DNA of 64,000 nt from Deltaproteobacteria bacterium (lineage in GTDB: Bacteria; Desulfobacterota; Desulfobacteria; Desulfobacterales; G020354645): the NCBI GenBank assembly GCA_020354645.1, contig CP070652.1, positions 190,330-254,329 on the forward strand, given 5' to 3'. A model generated the notes under the pieces. The model was not told the origin of the DNA. It searched no databases and worked only from the letters and a program-made list of their open reading frames with translations. The position numbers and the translations under genes were made by a program. Positions 53,362 through 62,280 of this stretch are shown here, piece by piece. Position 1 is the first letter of the stretch; each line of letters begins with the position of its first letter.

Positions 53362-54338
53362 AACCAGCCTGCATTCCTGTACCAGTGATAGGTCGATTCG
53401 AAACCGTTTTCAAGTTCAACGTTTGGAATAAACCCGAGATGGGCCCTGATCTTATCAGTATTACAGACCCAGCCGTCTTGGAGAGCTTCCTTTACTTTCT
53501 GGCTGTTTATTACCTGAGGTTTATTGCTGAGATAGGCGATGCCGTCACCGACAACACCGGCAATCTTTCCAAAAATCGAAGGAACCCGGATGACTTTTCC
53601 ACCACCCTTGATTTTAATGATCAGCTTTGCGATTTCTTCCCAGGTATGAACCCCCCCATCGGAAAGATGGAAAATTTCTCCGTCACTCTTTTCGGTAAAG
53701 GCCGCCAGGATCACCCCATCGGTTACATCGTCCACGTGGATCATGGAAAGTTCCAGTTTACCCTTCCCCATAATCGGAACCACCCCGAGTTTGGCCATTC
53801 TAAAATAAACAAAAATCTGTTTGTCAAAGGGGCCATAAACCGCCGGCGGCCTGATGATGGTCCAGGGTATATCCTTGCACTTCTCCTTTAATAGTTGTTC
53901 TCCCCGGAGTTTGCTTTCCCCATAATGGGTTATCGGTGAAACTTCACCGTTTTCCTGCGCAGGATATTTTGCGGTGTGAGGCCCGGCAACAGCCAGTGAG
54001 GAAACGTACAGAATTTTTCTGACATTTTTTCCCGCCGATAAGACGGATTCAAACAAGTTTCCTGCCCCCTCACCGTTGATGCGGAAATACTCTTCTCTAT
54101 GTTTGGCCGTGTTCACACCAGCGAGATGGAAAACCGTTACTATATCCCCGAGGTAAGGAATAATGGTTTTTGGATGCTCTAAGTCCCCTTTAATTGGTTC
54201 GAGGCCATTATGCTGTTTCATCCAGGCCGCCCGATTCAGGTCGCGCACAAGACATCGAACGCAGTGTCCCATCTTGGAAAGCTTCACCGCAAGGTTTTTG
54301 CCGATAAACCCTGTAGCGCCGGTGAGAAATATTTTCAT
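53358..54338 (-). CDS. NAD(P)-dependent epimerase/dehydratase-family SDR (CerR-like candidate)
   Basis: MKIFLTGATGFIGKNL Rossmann motif and YGESK (YxxxK). 326 aa. ATGA overlaps on both sides. Confidence 0.8.
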   Translation of the reverse strand: MKIFLTGATGFIGKNLAVKLSKMGHCVRCLVRDLNRAAWMKQHNGLEPIKGDLEHPKTIIPYLGDIVTVFHLAGVNTAKHREEYFRINGEGAGNLFESVLSAGKNVRKILYVSSLAVAGPHTAKYPAQENGEVSPITHYGESKLRGEQLLKEKCKDIPWTIIRPPAVYGPFDKQIFVYFRMAKLGVVPIMGKGKLELSMIHVDDVTDGVILAAFTEKSDGEIFHLSDGGVHTWEEIAKLIIKIKGGGKVIRVPSIFGKIAGVVGDGIAYLSNKPQVINSQKVKEALQDGWVCNTDKIRAHLGFIPNVELENGFESTYHWYRNAGWL

Positions 54339-55462
54339 AACTGCTTTCCATATATCCGGTAGGTTTTGTAAGGTTCCCTGACTATTCTGGATATAATCCT
54401 GTTCATTGCAACATTATCTTCCAGTATCCAGGATATTTCTCCTTCGAAATACCCCTTCAATGGTCCGACACGATAAATTTCTTCGAACATTGCCGCTTCG
54501 ATTCCGCTTTTTCGATACTCTTCAATGACGCCCATGACGAGTACCCGCAACCGGTCTATTTTTCGACGTCCCAGAAGAAGCTTCAAAAAGCCGAAAGGGA
54601 AAAGTCTGCCTTTCATTTTTTTAAAGATAAGGTTGTAGTCCGGCAGGGCCAGAAAAAATCCCGCTGGTTGATCTCCCACATAGGCGAAATAGGCCAGGCT
54701 GGGATTCACAATTTGTTTCAGATCAGCTGCAATAAACTCGATGTCTTCGTCCGTCCTGGGGACAAACCCCCAGTTTTTCTCCCAGGCGGAGTTATAAATT
54801 TTGTTCACCAGCTGGAGATCTGAATCAAAGTTCTTTAAGTTGAATCTCCTCAAATAAACCCCGTATCGTTTTTTTATCCTTGCACTGATACGCGTTATGA
54901 ACTGAGGTACGGTACCGTCATATTTAACATGATATGCATAAAGATCTTTAACTTTGTCAAATCCGCAGACCTCAATAAGGCGCCGGTAATAAGGGTAATT
55001 GTAAGGCATCATAAAATAAGGGCTCGAGTCAAAGCCATTAACGAGAAGACCCAGCTCATCATTTGTATTAAAATTCATGGGGCCAAGAACGGATTCCATT
55101 CCCTTTTTGCGGTGAAAATCGCAAACTTTTTCAAAAAGCGCCCCAGCCACATCAGCATCATCAATACAGTCGAAAAATCCAAAAAATCCTGACCTGTCTT
55201 CATGAAATTTTACGTAATTCCAGTCGATCTGCGCACTGATCCGACCCAACACTTCACCATTGTCGGATAGGGCAAGGTAATATTCTACCTCTGCATGTTT
55301 AAAAAAAGGATTTTTCCGGGGATTAAATAAGTTTTTTCGCTCGAAGAGCAGATGGGGAACATAATATGGGGATTGCGAATAAAGGCTTAAAGGAAATTTA
55401 ATAAATTTAAGAAGTTCTTGCCCTGAAGAAGCGTTGACCGCGACAACCTTCAATTGCAGCAC
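54335..55462 (-). CDS. GNAT-like acyltransferase-fold protein (bacterial ceramide synthase bCerS-like candidate)
   Basis: 375 aa. The C-terminal half has a GNAT-like block (GVIEEYRKSGIEAAMFEE). It sits between Spt-like and SDR genes with 3-4 nt junctions. Confidence 0.55.
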   Translation of the reverse strand: MLQLKVVAVNASSGQELLKFIKFPLSLYSQSPYYVPHLLFERKNLFNPRKNPFFKHAEVEYYLALSDNGEVLGRISAQIDWNYVKFHEDRSGFFGFFDCIDDADVAGALFEKVCDFHRKKGMESVLGPMNFNTNDELGLLVNGFDSSPYFMMPYNYPYYRRLIEVCGFDKVKDLYAYHVKYDGTVPQFITRISARIKKRYGVYLRRFNLKNFDSDLQLVNKIYNSAWEKNWGFVPRTDEDIEFIAADLKQIVNPSLAYFAYVGDQPAGFFLALPDYNLIFKKMKGRLFPFGFLKLLLGRRKIDRLRVLVMGVIEEYRKSGIEAAMFEEIYRVGPLKGYFEGEISWILEDNVAMNRIISRIVREPYKTYRIYGKQL

Positions 55463-55465
55463 TCC

Positions 55466-56659
55466 TTATATAATACCGAGTTCTCGTCCAATCTTTTCCA
55501 GCTTGGCCAAGGCAAAATCAATATGCTCGAAAGTATGGGTAGCCATCAAACTCAGACGTATCAGGCAATCTCCTTCAGGAACTGCAGGAGCTACGACAGG
55601 ATTCACCCAGACCCCTTCTTCCTGAAGTTTTTTGCAGCACATAAAAGTGTTTAACGTATCTCCCACTCTAATCGGAATTATCGGAGTTTCTGATTTTCCG
55701 GTATCAAATCCGAGTTGCTTAAGACCCTCCATCAACCGGGCAGTATTTTGCCACAGCTGCTCGATGCGCTCCGGCTCCCTTTTCATAATATTCAGGGCAG
55801 CTTTAACTGCGGCAACATTTGCAGGCGTCATGCTGGCGCTGAAGATCAAGGCCCTGGCGGTGTGCTTGAGATAGTCAATGGTATCCTCATCGGACGCGAC
55901 GAATCCCCCCAAGGATGCAAGAGATTTGCTGAAAGTGCCCATGATGATCTGGACTTCATCAGTAACACCGAAGTGGTTAGAAGTGCCGGCGCCATTCCTG
56001 CCCATTACGCCGATTCCATGGGCATCATCAACCATCAGCGCAGATCCATACTTTTTGCATGATTCTATAATTTCCGGCAGCTTTGCAATATCGCCCTCCA
56101 TGCTGAAAACGCCGTCCACAACGACCAGTTTCCCTTTTCCTCGCGGCAGGCTATCAAGGACTCTCGCGAGATTCACCATATCATTGTGGCTGAAATTTAC
56201 CTTTTTACCGAAACTAAGCCTGGCACCATCGATGATACTTGCATGGTTAAACTTATCTGTTATGACATATTCTCCTTTGCCGACCAGCGACGAAATTATC
56301 CCAAGATTCGTTTGAAAGCCGGTGGAAAATACAAGCGCGCTTTCCTTCCCGACCAGTTCAGCAAGCTCCTCCTCAAGTTCTCTGTGAATGTCTAAGGTCC
56401 CGTTTAAAAACCTGGATCCGGCACATCCGGTTCCGTAATTTTCGATGGCATCAATGGTTGCCTTTTTTACGTCGGGATGAGTGGTAAGGCCGAGATAGCT
56501 ATTTGATCCGAGCATCACCAGCATATTACCGTCTAATCTGACCACAGGGCCCTGCGGAGAGGAAATTTCCCTGAAGTATGGGTAAATACCCATATCCTTG
56601 ATAAGTTTAGCGGCATCGAAACTAACAGCCTTTTCCATCAGCGAGATTCCATCAGGCAT
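55466..56659 (-). CDS. Alpha-oxoamine synthase family PLP enzyme (serine palmitoyltransferase-like; BioF/Kbl not excluded)
   Basis: [15 protein letters not shown] and the [15 protein letters not shown]-Lys block. GGAGAAG RBS. Confidence 0.82.
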   Translation of the reverse strand: MPDGISLMEKAVSFDAAKLIKDMGIYPYFREISSPQGPVVRLDGNMLVMLGSNSYLGLTTHPDVKKATIDAIENYGTGCAGSRFLNGTLDIHRELEEELAELVGKESALVFSTGFQTNLGIISSLVGKGEYVITDKFNHASIIDGARLSFGKKVNFSHNDMVNLARVLDSLPRGKGKLVVVDGVFSMEGDIAKLPEIIESCKKYGSALMVDDAHGIGVMGRNGAGTSNHFGVTDEVQIIMGTFSKSLASLGGFVASDEDTIDYLKHTARALIFSASMTPANVAAVKAALNIMKREPERIEQLWQNTARLMEGLKQLGFDTGKSETPIIPIRVGDTLNTFMCCKKLQEEGVWVNPVVAPAVPEGDCLIRLSLMATHTFEHIDFALAKLEKIGRELGII

Positions 56660-56980
56660 GGCAGCTTCTCCTTCTTTCCTCTTTTAAGCTATTGTTAGGG
56701 AGATATCACATCTACCCACGGGTGTGTCAAGATTTGAAATTAAATATAGCTGTTATTCACAATTTTTCTTTGATTTATGGCTAAAATATGAGCCGAATTC
56801 CAAGAACACACTTGGATTGCAGCTTTCATATCGTGCTTTTGACTAAAAATTAACGTAAAAAAACAAAATGCTGGCTCAAAATGCAAATAAAAAAGTCGCA
56901 ATCACAAAAAAACTGTTAGAATTCAAACCTTCTCAGAGGATCTTTTTTTTGGTGAAAATATTTTCTGAACCTTCTGTGTA

Positions 56981-57724
56981 TTAAATTTCAACTATCATTC
57001 CGTCGTAAGCTGATTCGACGTCGAGTTGTTCGAGCCTGTCAAGCATGTCCTGGCCCATATGCGTGATAATCAGTCTTTTTGGTTTGAGTCTTCCCACATG
57101 GGCTATTAGTGTCTGATAATTGAGATGATATTTGATTGGCTTTTCGTAGAAATAAGCCTCTGCAATCAACAGATCGACCCCGCTGGCGGCGGGGAGAAGG
57201 CCTTCGGTCCATTCGGTGTCTCCGGTGTAGGCAATCGTTTTACCGTTGCATTCGATACGTAAAGCAAATGACGGATCCCCACTCGGATGTTGAACAGTAT
57301 GGGGTGTAACTGTAACACCGCAGAAAAGCCAGTTTTTTTCCGTCTGTAACTCATATACCTCAATATCAAATCTTTGTTTTACTTTGGAGGATCCCGGAAA
57401 CATCAGCTCCATGGCTGAGGTGAGCCTTTTACGGGTACCGGCTGGGCCTGCAATAACCAGAGGGTCGGTCCGCTTGCTGTTGAGCTGGGCGTCCAGTATA
57501 AAAAAGGGCAATCCACCAAAATGATCACCGTGCAAGTGCGTCAGCACGATCATGTCAATGGTGTTGGGATCAATTCCAAAACGATACAAACTGATCATGG
57601 CCGAAGCGCCAAAATCAATCAGGAATCGACATGTGGTTGTCTGAACTAAAATGCAGGTTTGCAAGCGACCGCCGTGACCAAACGCATCACCGGTCCCCAG
57701 AAACCTTACTTGTATAAACCTCAT
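56981..57724 (-). CDS. MBL-fold metallo-hydrolase (RNase Z/BN-like)
   Basis: LTHLHGDHFGG motif. 247 aa. Confidence 0.85.
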   Translation of the reverse strand: MRFIQVRFLGTGDAFGHGGRLQTCILVQTTTCRFLIDFGASAMISLYRFGIDPNTIDMIVLTHLHGDHFGGLPFFILDAQLNSKRTDPLVIAGPAGTRKRLTSAMELMFPGSSKVKQRFDIEVYELQTEKNWLFCGVTVTPHTVQHPSGDPSFALRIECNGKTIAYTGDTEWTEGLLPAASGVDLLIAEAYFYEKPIKYHLNYQTLIAHVGRLKPKRLIITHMGQDMLDRLEQLDVESAYDGMIVEI

Positions 57725-57817
57725 TCCAACCTCACTAAATGGTTAATAAAACAAATATTAATCAGACTTATGAATCGAAGGATTTAGCAACCCCTTCAAT
57801 GGGTTTTCACCCTGTCA

Positions 57818-58240
57818 TTAAGAATCTCCGCAGTATATCTTTACATTTTCTCCCTTTTTATCTTCGACGTTGACTTCGAATTCGGCTAAGGCTTCCAAGA
57901 GTTCATGGATGTTTTCTTCGCTGATGTCTTCAAGTTTGAAATCTACCCCTTTCTCACCGAGCTTTTCGTCGATTTTTTCCTGGGCTTCCTGGGGAATGAG
58001 AGATTTTAGTTTGATGCCGGCCCGAATGATTTTTAGCGGAACGCGAATATTTACTTTGTCCCCATTGGTTGAATCTACTTTTACAAAAAGATACTTGGGG
58101 ATTTTAGTTTTCGATGACGCATCTCCTTTCTGTGTTTCATCGATTTTACTTTCAAAAGTATTCAGCAGTTTTTCGGCCTCTTCAGTGGTAATTTTTCCGT
58201 TTGCCAGCATTTCGAGTATTTTTTTTCTTTCCTCAGTCAT
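57818..58240 (-). CDS. SHOCT-like-domain protein
   Basis: MTEERKKILEMLANGKITTEEAEKLL is a SHOCT-type helix motif. GGAGAAAAC RBS before ATG 58240. The track ORF starts at 58378. Confidence 0.5.
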   Translation of the reverse strand: MTEERKKILEMLANGKITTEEAEKLLNTFESKIDETQKGDASSKTKIPKYLFVKVDSTNGDKVNIRVPLKIIRAGIKLKSLIPQEAQEKIDEKLGEKGVDFKLEDISEENIHELLEALAEFEVNVEDKKGENVKIYCGDS

Positions 58241-58256
58241 GGGTTTTCTCCTTTCA

Positions 58257-58529
58257 TTATTGAATCGAAAAATAAACTTTTGAATCCTTAGAGTTAATAT
58301 CGATATTGAGTCCGCGTAATGATGATATAAAGATGAAAATGGCGGGCAGAACCCCGACAATCCGGATTCCTTTAACAATAGTTAAAACAATAACGGCAAC
58401 GAGCAGTATCGGAGACAGCAAAAAAACAAGGATTAATGCGGGAAAATATAAGAGTGGAAGCGGAATCCATAAGCGCCATCCTTTCTTGTTTTCTGCTTGG
58501 ATTTTTATTTTGACGACCATCGGAATCAT
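58257..58529 (-). CDS. Small membrane protein (about 2 TM)
   Basis: Hydrophobic 90-aa ORF. ATGA overlap with the DUF2089 gene stop. Confidence 0.45.
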   Translation of the reverse strand: MIPMVVKIKIQAENKKGWRLWIPLPLLYFPALILVFLLSPILLVAVIVLTIVKGIRIVGVLPAIFIFISSLRGLNIDINSKDSKVYFSIQ

Positions 58530-58888
58530 TTTTTGAGCGCTTCCATAGCTTGATCAAATGAGATTTGTCCCTTTTCGAGGTCTTCAAGAATGTCGTGCAC
58601 CGCAGCAACCGGGGTGATATCAATGAAATCAAATGCTTTTGATATTCGGTTGAGTCTGTTTTTGATTGACGGATAGCTCACCCCGAAGAGTTTCTCCATT
58701 TCTTTGATGGATCCGTGACTTTTTACAAATGCCGCCACAAATACCTGATCTTCCATTGAAAGTTTCGCGAGCGGCGGGAGTTCAAAATCCCCTTCGATTG
58801 TGATTCCTGATTCCGCAATCTTTACACTCTTTATGGTGATTTTTTTATCCTGCGTGAGTTCCGTTAACTGTTGCCAATCGTGTACCAT
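58526..58888 (-). CDS. DUF2089-family putative DNA-binding protein
   Basis: HTH-like SIKEMEKLFGVSYPSIKNRLNRI and a SHOCT-like tail (ILEDLEKGQISFDQAMEALKK). AAGGAG RBS before ATG 58888. The track ORF starts at 58912. Confidence 0.62.
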   Translation of the reverse strand: MVHDWQQLTELTQDKKITIKSVKIAESGITIEGDFELPPLAKLSMEDQVFVAAFVKSHGSIKEMEKLFGVSYPSIKNRLNRISKAFDFIDITPVAAVHDILEDLEKGQISFDQAMEALKK

Positions 58889-58950
58889 AATGTACTCCTT
58901 TTTGTTTTTCACATATAATAACTAAAATTAATATAATGTCAAGAATAAAA

Positions 58951-58984
58951 TTAATTTATTTAATTTATATATTAAATAAATTAA
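58951..58984. promoter_or_regulatory. Perfect 14-bp inverted repeat TTAATTTATTTAAT-N6-ATTAAATAAATTAA upstream of the DUF2089 operon
   Basis: Read directly from the sequence. It lies 63-96 nt upstream of ATG 58888 in a very AT-rich region. Confidence 0.35.
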
Positions 58985-59164
58985 TATAAGATGGTAATTA
59001 CTAATGAATGCTAATTCTTCCCTCCTAACTTCCGGGTATTTACTTTGCCCTAAATTGTTTTAATTTTGACCTAAGTCAACGATATCCCGACTACAAAAGA
59101 GTATCTTTTTTTCCAATGAATAAAATGACGTTTTATATGATATCTTTGAATATTAAGATAACTT

Positions 59165-59345
59165 GAGGGGTCGGAAAGTTTTTTTGACCCTGTGCCTCCA
59201 GTCTTTGTTTTTCTAAGCAATTTGGCAGCGGGGGATACTTGCCCCCTCCGCATTCCACCTTCGGTGGCTGCGGTCTCCCCCACTGCCAAATTGCAGAAAA
59301 ACAAAAGACTTACGACAATGGATCAAAAAAACTCCCCGACCCCTC
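59165..59345. repeat. Family-C 181-bp long-hairpin MITE-like element
   Basis: Termini GAGGGGTCGG and CCGACCCCTC. Arms GTTTTTTTGACC and GGATCAAAAAAAC, and CTTTGTTTTTCTAAGCAATTTGGCAGCGGGGGA and TCCCCCACTGCCAAATTGCAGAAAAACAAAAG, are complementary. Confidence 0.75.
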
Positions 59346-59465
59346 AAATATTTATAATGTGGCTTGACAGCTTGATTTTTATGCTGTAAGCTTGACTGAC
59401 CGGTCGGTACTATATAAGCAAAAATTTTAAATCAAAAATATTATTAAATGCAATTTCAGTAAGTT

Positions 59466-59487
59466 ATATTGACCAGAAAGTCAATAT
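59466..59487. promoter_or_regulatory. Candidate TetR operator ATATTGAC-N6-GTCAATAT
   Basis: Perfect 8-bp inverted repeat ending 3 nt before the annotated GTG start of the TetR gene. Confidence 0.45.
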
Positions 59488-59490
59488 TAG

Positions 59491-60123
59491 GTGAGAAAAT
59501 TGGTCGATTTCAAACAAAAGCGTTCGGACAAAAAAGATCAAATTATCGGCGCTGCTGCCCAAGTTTTTGCTCAAAAGGGATTTGCAGGAGCGGTTATGGC
59601 CGAGATTGCTGCCACTGCAGGAATTGGGAAAGGAACCATCTACGAATATTTCAACAGCAAAGAAGATCTTTTCTTTGCCGTATTTGAATGGCTCAGCCAC
59701 AAAATCGCCTCGGCAGCCACGGTCAGGATTTCTGCCCTTGGGGGATCGGCCGCCGAGCGTTTGGTTGCATTAAACGATTCCGTGGTATGTTCCGTGTTGA
59801 AGATGATGGATATGTACTCTCTGGTCATGGAGTTTTGGGCCGCATCGTCGTCTTCCGTTATGAGAAAACGCTTTAAGACAGCTTTCAGACAAGCCTATCG
59901 TGACTTTCGAGCTATTGTAACATCATTAATTCAAGAGGGTATCGAGCGTGGTGAATTTACTTCAGGCGTGAATCCTGAATCGATTGCTGCCGCATTGGTC
60001 GGAATGTGGGATGCCCTTCTCCTTCAAGCGTGGTTTGATGATGCGTTTGAGCCACTGAAAACGTCTAAAGATTTCTTGGTCATACTCCTGGTGGGTCTGG
60101 CAGCAGAAAAGCAAAAATTATGA
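59491..60123 (+). CDS. TetR/AcrR-family transcriptional regulator
   Basis: N-terminal HTH (IIGAAAQVFAQKGFAGAVMAEIAATAGIGKGTIYEYF). The start may be the in-frame TTG at 59500, after AGGTGAG. Confidence 0.88.
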   Translation: MRKLVDFKQKRSDKKDQIIGAAAQVFAQKGFAGAVMAEIAATAGIGKGTIYEYFNSKEDLFFAVFEWLSHKIASAATVRISALGGSAAERLVALNDSVVCSVLKMMDMYSLVMEFWAASSSSVMRKRFKTAFRQAYRDFRAIVTSLIQEGIERGEFTSGVNPESIAAALVGMWDALLLQAWFDDAFEPLKTSKDFLVILLVGLAAEKQKL

Positions 60124-60920
60124 TGGCATCGAGTATGAACGGGTTGTTGCCCAAAGGTATGTTCGGAAGATTTGTTAAAGCACTTTTACCAACCGCACTC
60201 ATATGGTTTACAGGTTCCGTCGGTGTCGGGGCCATGGACGCTGAAACTCTGGTGGTTTCCAGCTTCAACTACATGCGGGGAAAGGCTTCGATTTCAACCG
60301 TAGAAATGGTTATTCATCGTCCAGATTGGGAAAGGCGCATGACGATCAAAGCTTGGACCAAAGGTGAAAAGGAAAGCCTCTTAATTATTACCGCTCCGCC
60401 CAAGGATAAAGGGAACGGCACGTTAAAAAAAGGGCGGGAAATGTGGATTTACAATCCCAAGGTCAACAGGGTTATGAAGCTGCCCCCTTCAATGATGTCC
60501 CAGGCATGGATGGGATCAGATTTTTCAAATAACGACCTCGCCAAATCGGACAGCCTGATCTATGATTACAGCCACCGGGTGATCGAAACCGAAATTAATG
60601 CGGGTAAAAAAGTATATCACATCGAATCGCGGCCGAAACCGGATGCACCGGTAGTTTGGGGAATGCTAAAACTTAAAATAAGGGAAGATCTGATTCTGTT
60701 AAGCGAAACCTTTTTTGACGAAGAGCTTAAGCCGGTAAAAGTTATGACGACTTTAGAAATACAATTGCTGGGCGGTAAACTCTACCCAAAGGTGTGGAAA
60801 ATGCAAAAAGCCGGCACCCAAGACGAATATACCCTATTAGACTACAAGGCCCTATCGTTTAAACCCGGTTTACCCGACCGATTTTTCACCGTTTCGAATT
60901 TAAAAACCATCAGGAGGTAA
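60120..60920 (+). CDS. LolA-like outer-membrane lipoprotein-sorting-family protein
   Basis: Signal peptide. The GREMWIYNPKVNRVMKLPPSMMSQAWMGSDFSNNDL block is typical of this family. 4-nt overlap with tetR. Confidence 0.68.
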   Translation: MMASSMNGLLPKGMFGRFVKALLPTALIWFTGSVGVGAMDAETLVVSSFNYMRGKASISTVEMVIHRPDWERRMTIKAWTKGEKESLLIITAPPKDKGNGTLKKGREMWIYNPKVNRVMKLPPSMMSQAWMGSDFSNNDLAKSDSLIYDYSHRVIETEINAGKKVYHIESRPKPDAPVVWGMLKLKIREDLILLSETFFDEELKPVKVMTTLEIQLLGGKLYPKVWKMQKAGTQDEYTLLDYKALSFKPGLPDRFFTVSNLKTIRR

Positions 60921-60926
60921 CCGGCT

Positions 60927-62165
60927 TTGTCCGTAAATGCCAAAATGGCCTGGCGAAACATCTGGCGTAATCCGCGCAGAAGCATATTGACGATATCCGC
61001 AATCGCCTTTGCTAGCCTTCTGCTCGTGTTTATGCTGTCTTTTCAGTTTGGATTCTACGAGGCGGCTATAAACGCCTCCGTTAAGATACACGCCGGCCAT
61101 CTGCAGATCCAGGCCGAAGGATACCAGGATAAAAAAAGCATGCGACTGGTGGTACCCGATCCCGGCTCCATGGGCAGCATTCTAGCAAATATTGAAGCCG
61201 TCAAAGCGTATACGTATCGTGCCAACGCCTTCTCCTTAGTGTCCTCTGAGAAACGAATTCACGGCGTCATGGTAACCGGCATTGACCCGGTCAGTGAGGC
61301 AAAAGTATCAACACTCAAAAATCTGATTCGTGATGGAACCTACCTGACAGATAAGGATGATTATCAGGCTTTGGTAGGCCAGCTTTTGGCCCAAAACTTG
61401 CGCATCGGTCCCGGCGATGAATTAACGTTATTGGGCCAGGCCCGAGACGGATCTGTTGCCGCCACGGTCGTAAAGGTTCAAGGGATTTACCGATCCGGCC
61501 TGGATGAACTCGACCGGTCGTCCGTCCATATACCTTTAAAAACCTTTCAGGAAGTGTACGCCATGGGGAATGCCGTTCATCAAGTCGTAGCCATCGGAGA
61601 ATCATTGTCGGCCATACCGGAGATTAGGGCATCATTAAAATCCCGTTTATCATCACTGAATCAAAACAATCCTCTAAAGGTGCTGGATTGGGAAGAACTC
61701 ATGCCCGGCTTGCGCCAGGCCATTGAAATGGATCTGGTCAGCGGTTTGATCTTTTATGTGCTTTTGATCATCGTTGTGGGCTTTAGCATTCTCAATACCT
61801 TTCTGATGGCGATTTTTGAGCGGACCAAAGAATTTGGCATAATGAAAGCTATCGGCACAACTCCGGTAAGGCTCACCAAACTGCTGCTGATAGAATCATT
61901 GTCGATTACGATAGTGGGTATTATCGCCGGTATTATTCTTGGTATCGGGATTACGTATTATTTCCAAATTCATGGGATCGATTTCTCGGGATCATCTGAC
62001 TTGTTAAGCCAATTCGGTATTTCCGGCCGGATGTATCCAAAAATTACAGTGCTCTCGATTTTGATCGGACCCAGCCTGGTGCTGGGAATCACCTTCCTGG
62101 CAGCACTTTATCCGGCCCTTAAAGTCCGAAGAATCCGCCCGGTGGAAGCCCTGACGCATGTATAG
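60927..62165 (+). CDS. ABC transporter permease, FtsX/MacB/LolC type
   Basis: N-terminal AWRNIWRNPRRS motif, large periplasmic domain, C-terminal 3 TM FtsX domain. Confidence 0.85.
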   Translation: MSVNAKMAWRNIWRNPRRSILTISAIAFASLLLVFMLSFQFGFYEAAINASVKIHAGHLQIQAEGYQDKKSMRLVVPDPGSMGSILANIEAVKAYTYRANAFSLVSSEKRIHGVMVTGIDPVSEAKVSTLKNLIRDGTYLTDKDDYQALVGQLLAQNLRIGPGDELTLLGQARDGSVAATVVKVQGIYRSGLDELDRSSVHIPLKTFQEVYAMGNAVHQVVAIGESLSAIPEIRASLKSRLSSLNQNNPLKVLDWEELMPGLRQAIEMDLVSGLIFYVLLIIVVGFSILNTFLMAIFERTKEFGIMKAIGTTPVRLTKLLLIESLSITIVGIIAGIILGIGITYYFQIHGIDFSGSSDLLSQFGISGRMYPKITVLSILIGPSLVLGITFLAALYPALKVRRIRPVEALTHV

Positions 62166-62167
62166 CA

Positions 62168-62199
62168 ATGCTGAATTCGGAAAACACCGAATTCAGCAT
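62168..62199 (+). terminator. Perfect 13-bp stem-loop between the two permease genes (terminator/attenuator-like)
   Basis: ATGCTGAATTCGG-AAAACA-CCGAATTCAGCAT followed by GTTTTAGGTTTTA, starting 3 nt after the stop. Confidence 0.45.
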
Positions 62200-62280
62200 G
62201 TTTTAGGTTTTAAGTCCGTTCAAACCTAAAGCTTAATAAAACCAAATACTAAAAACTTAACACCTAAAACTATAATAACA

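Noticed and set aside
55466-56659. Annotation of the alpha-oxoamine synthase as BioF (biotin) or Kbl (threonine degradation)
   Set aside because: Not excluded by sequence alone. However, no bioA/D/B or tdh genes are adjacent, and the tightly coupled GNAT-like, SDR and PAP2 genes fit the ceramide pathway better.
58913-59160. AT-rich region with repeated TTAAT/ATTAA strings, considered as a possible CRISPR or origin-like repeat array
   Set aside because: It holds only one inverted repeat plus low-complexity AT sequence. There are no regularly spaced direct repeats and no cas genes in the window.
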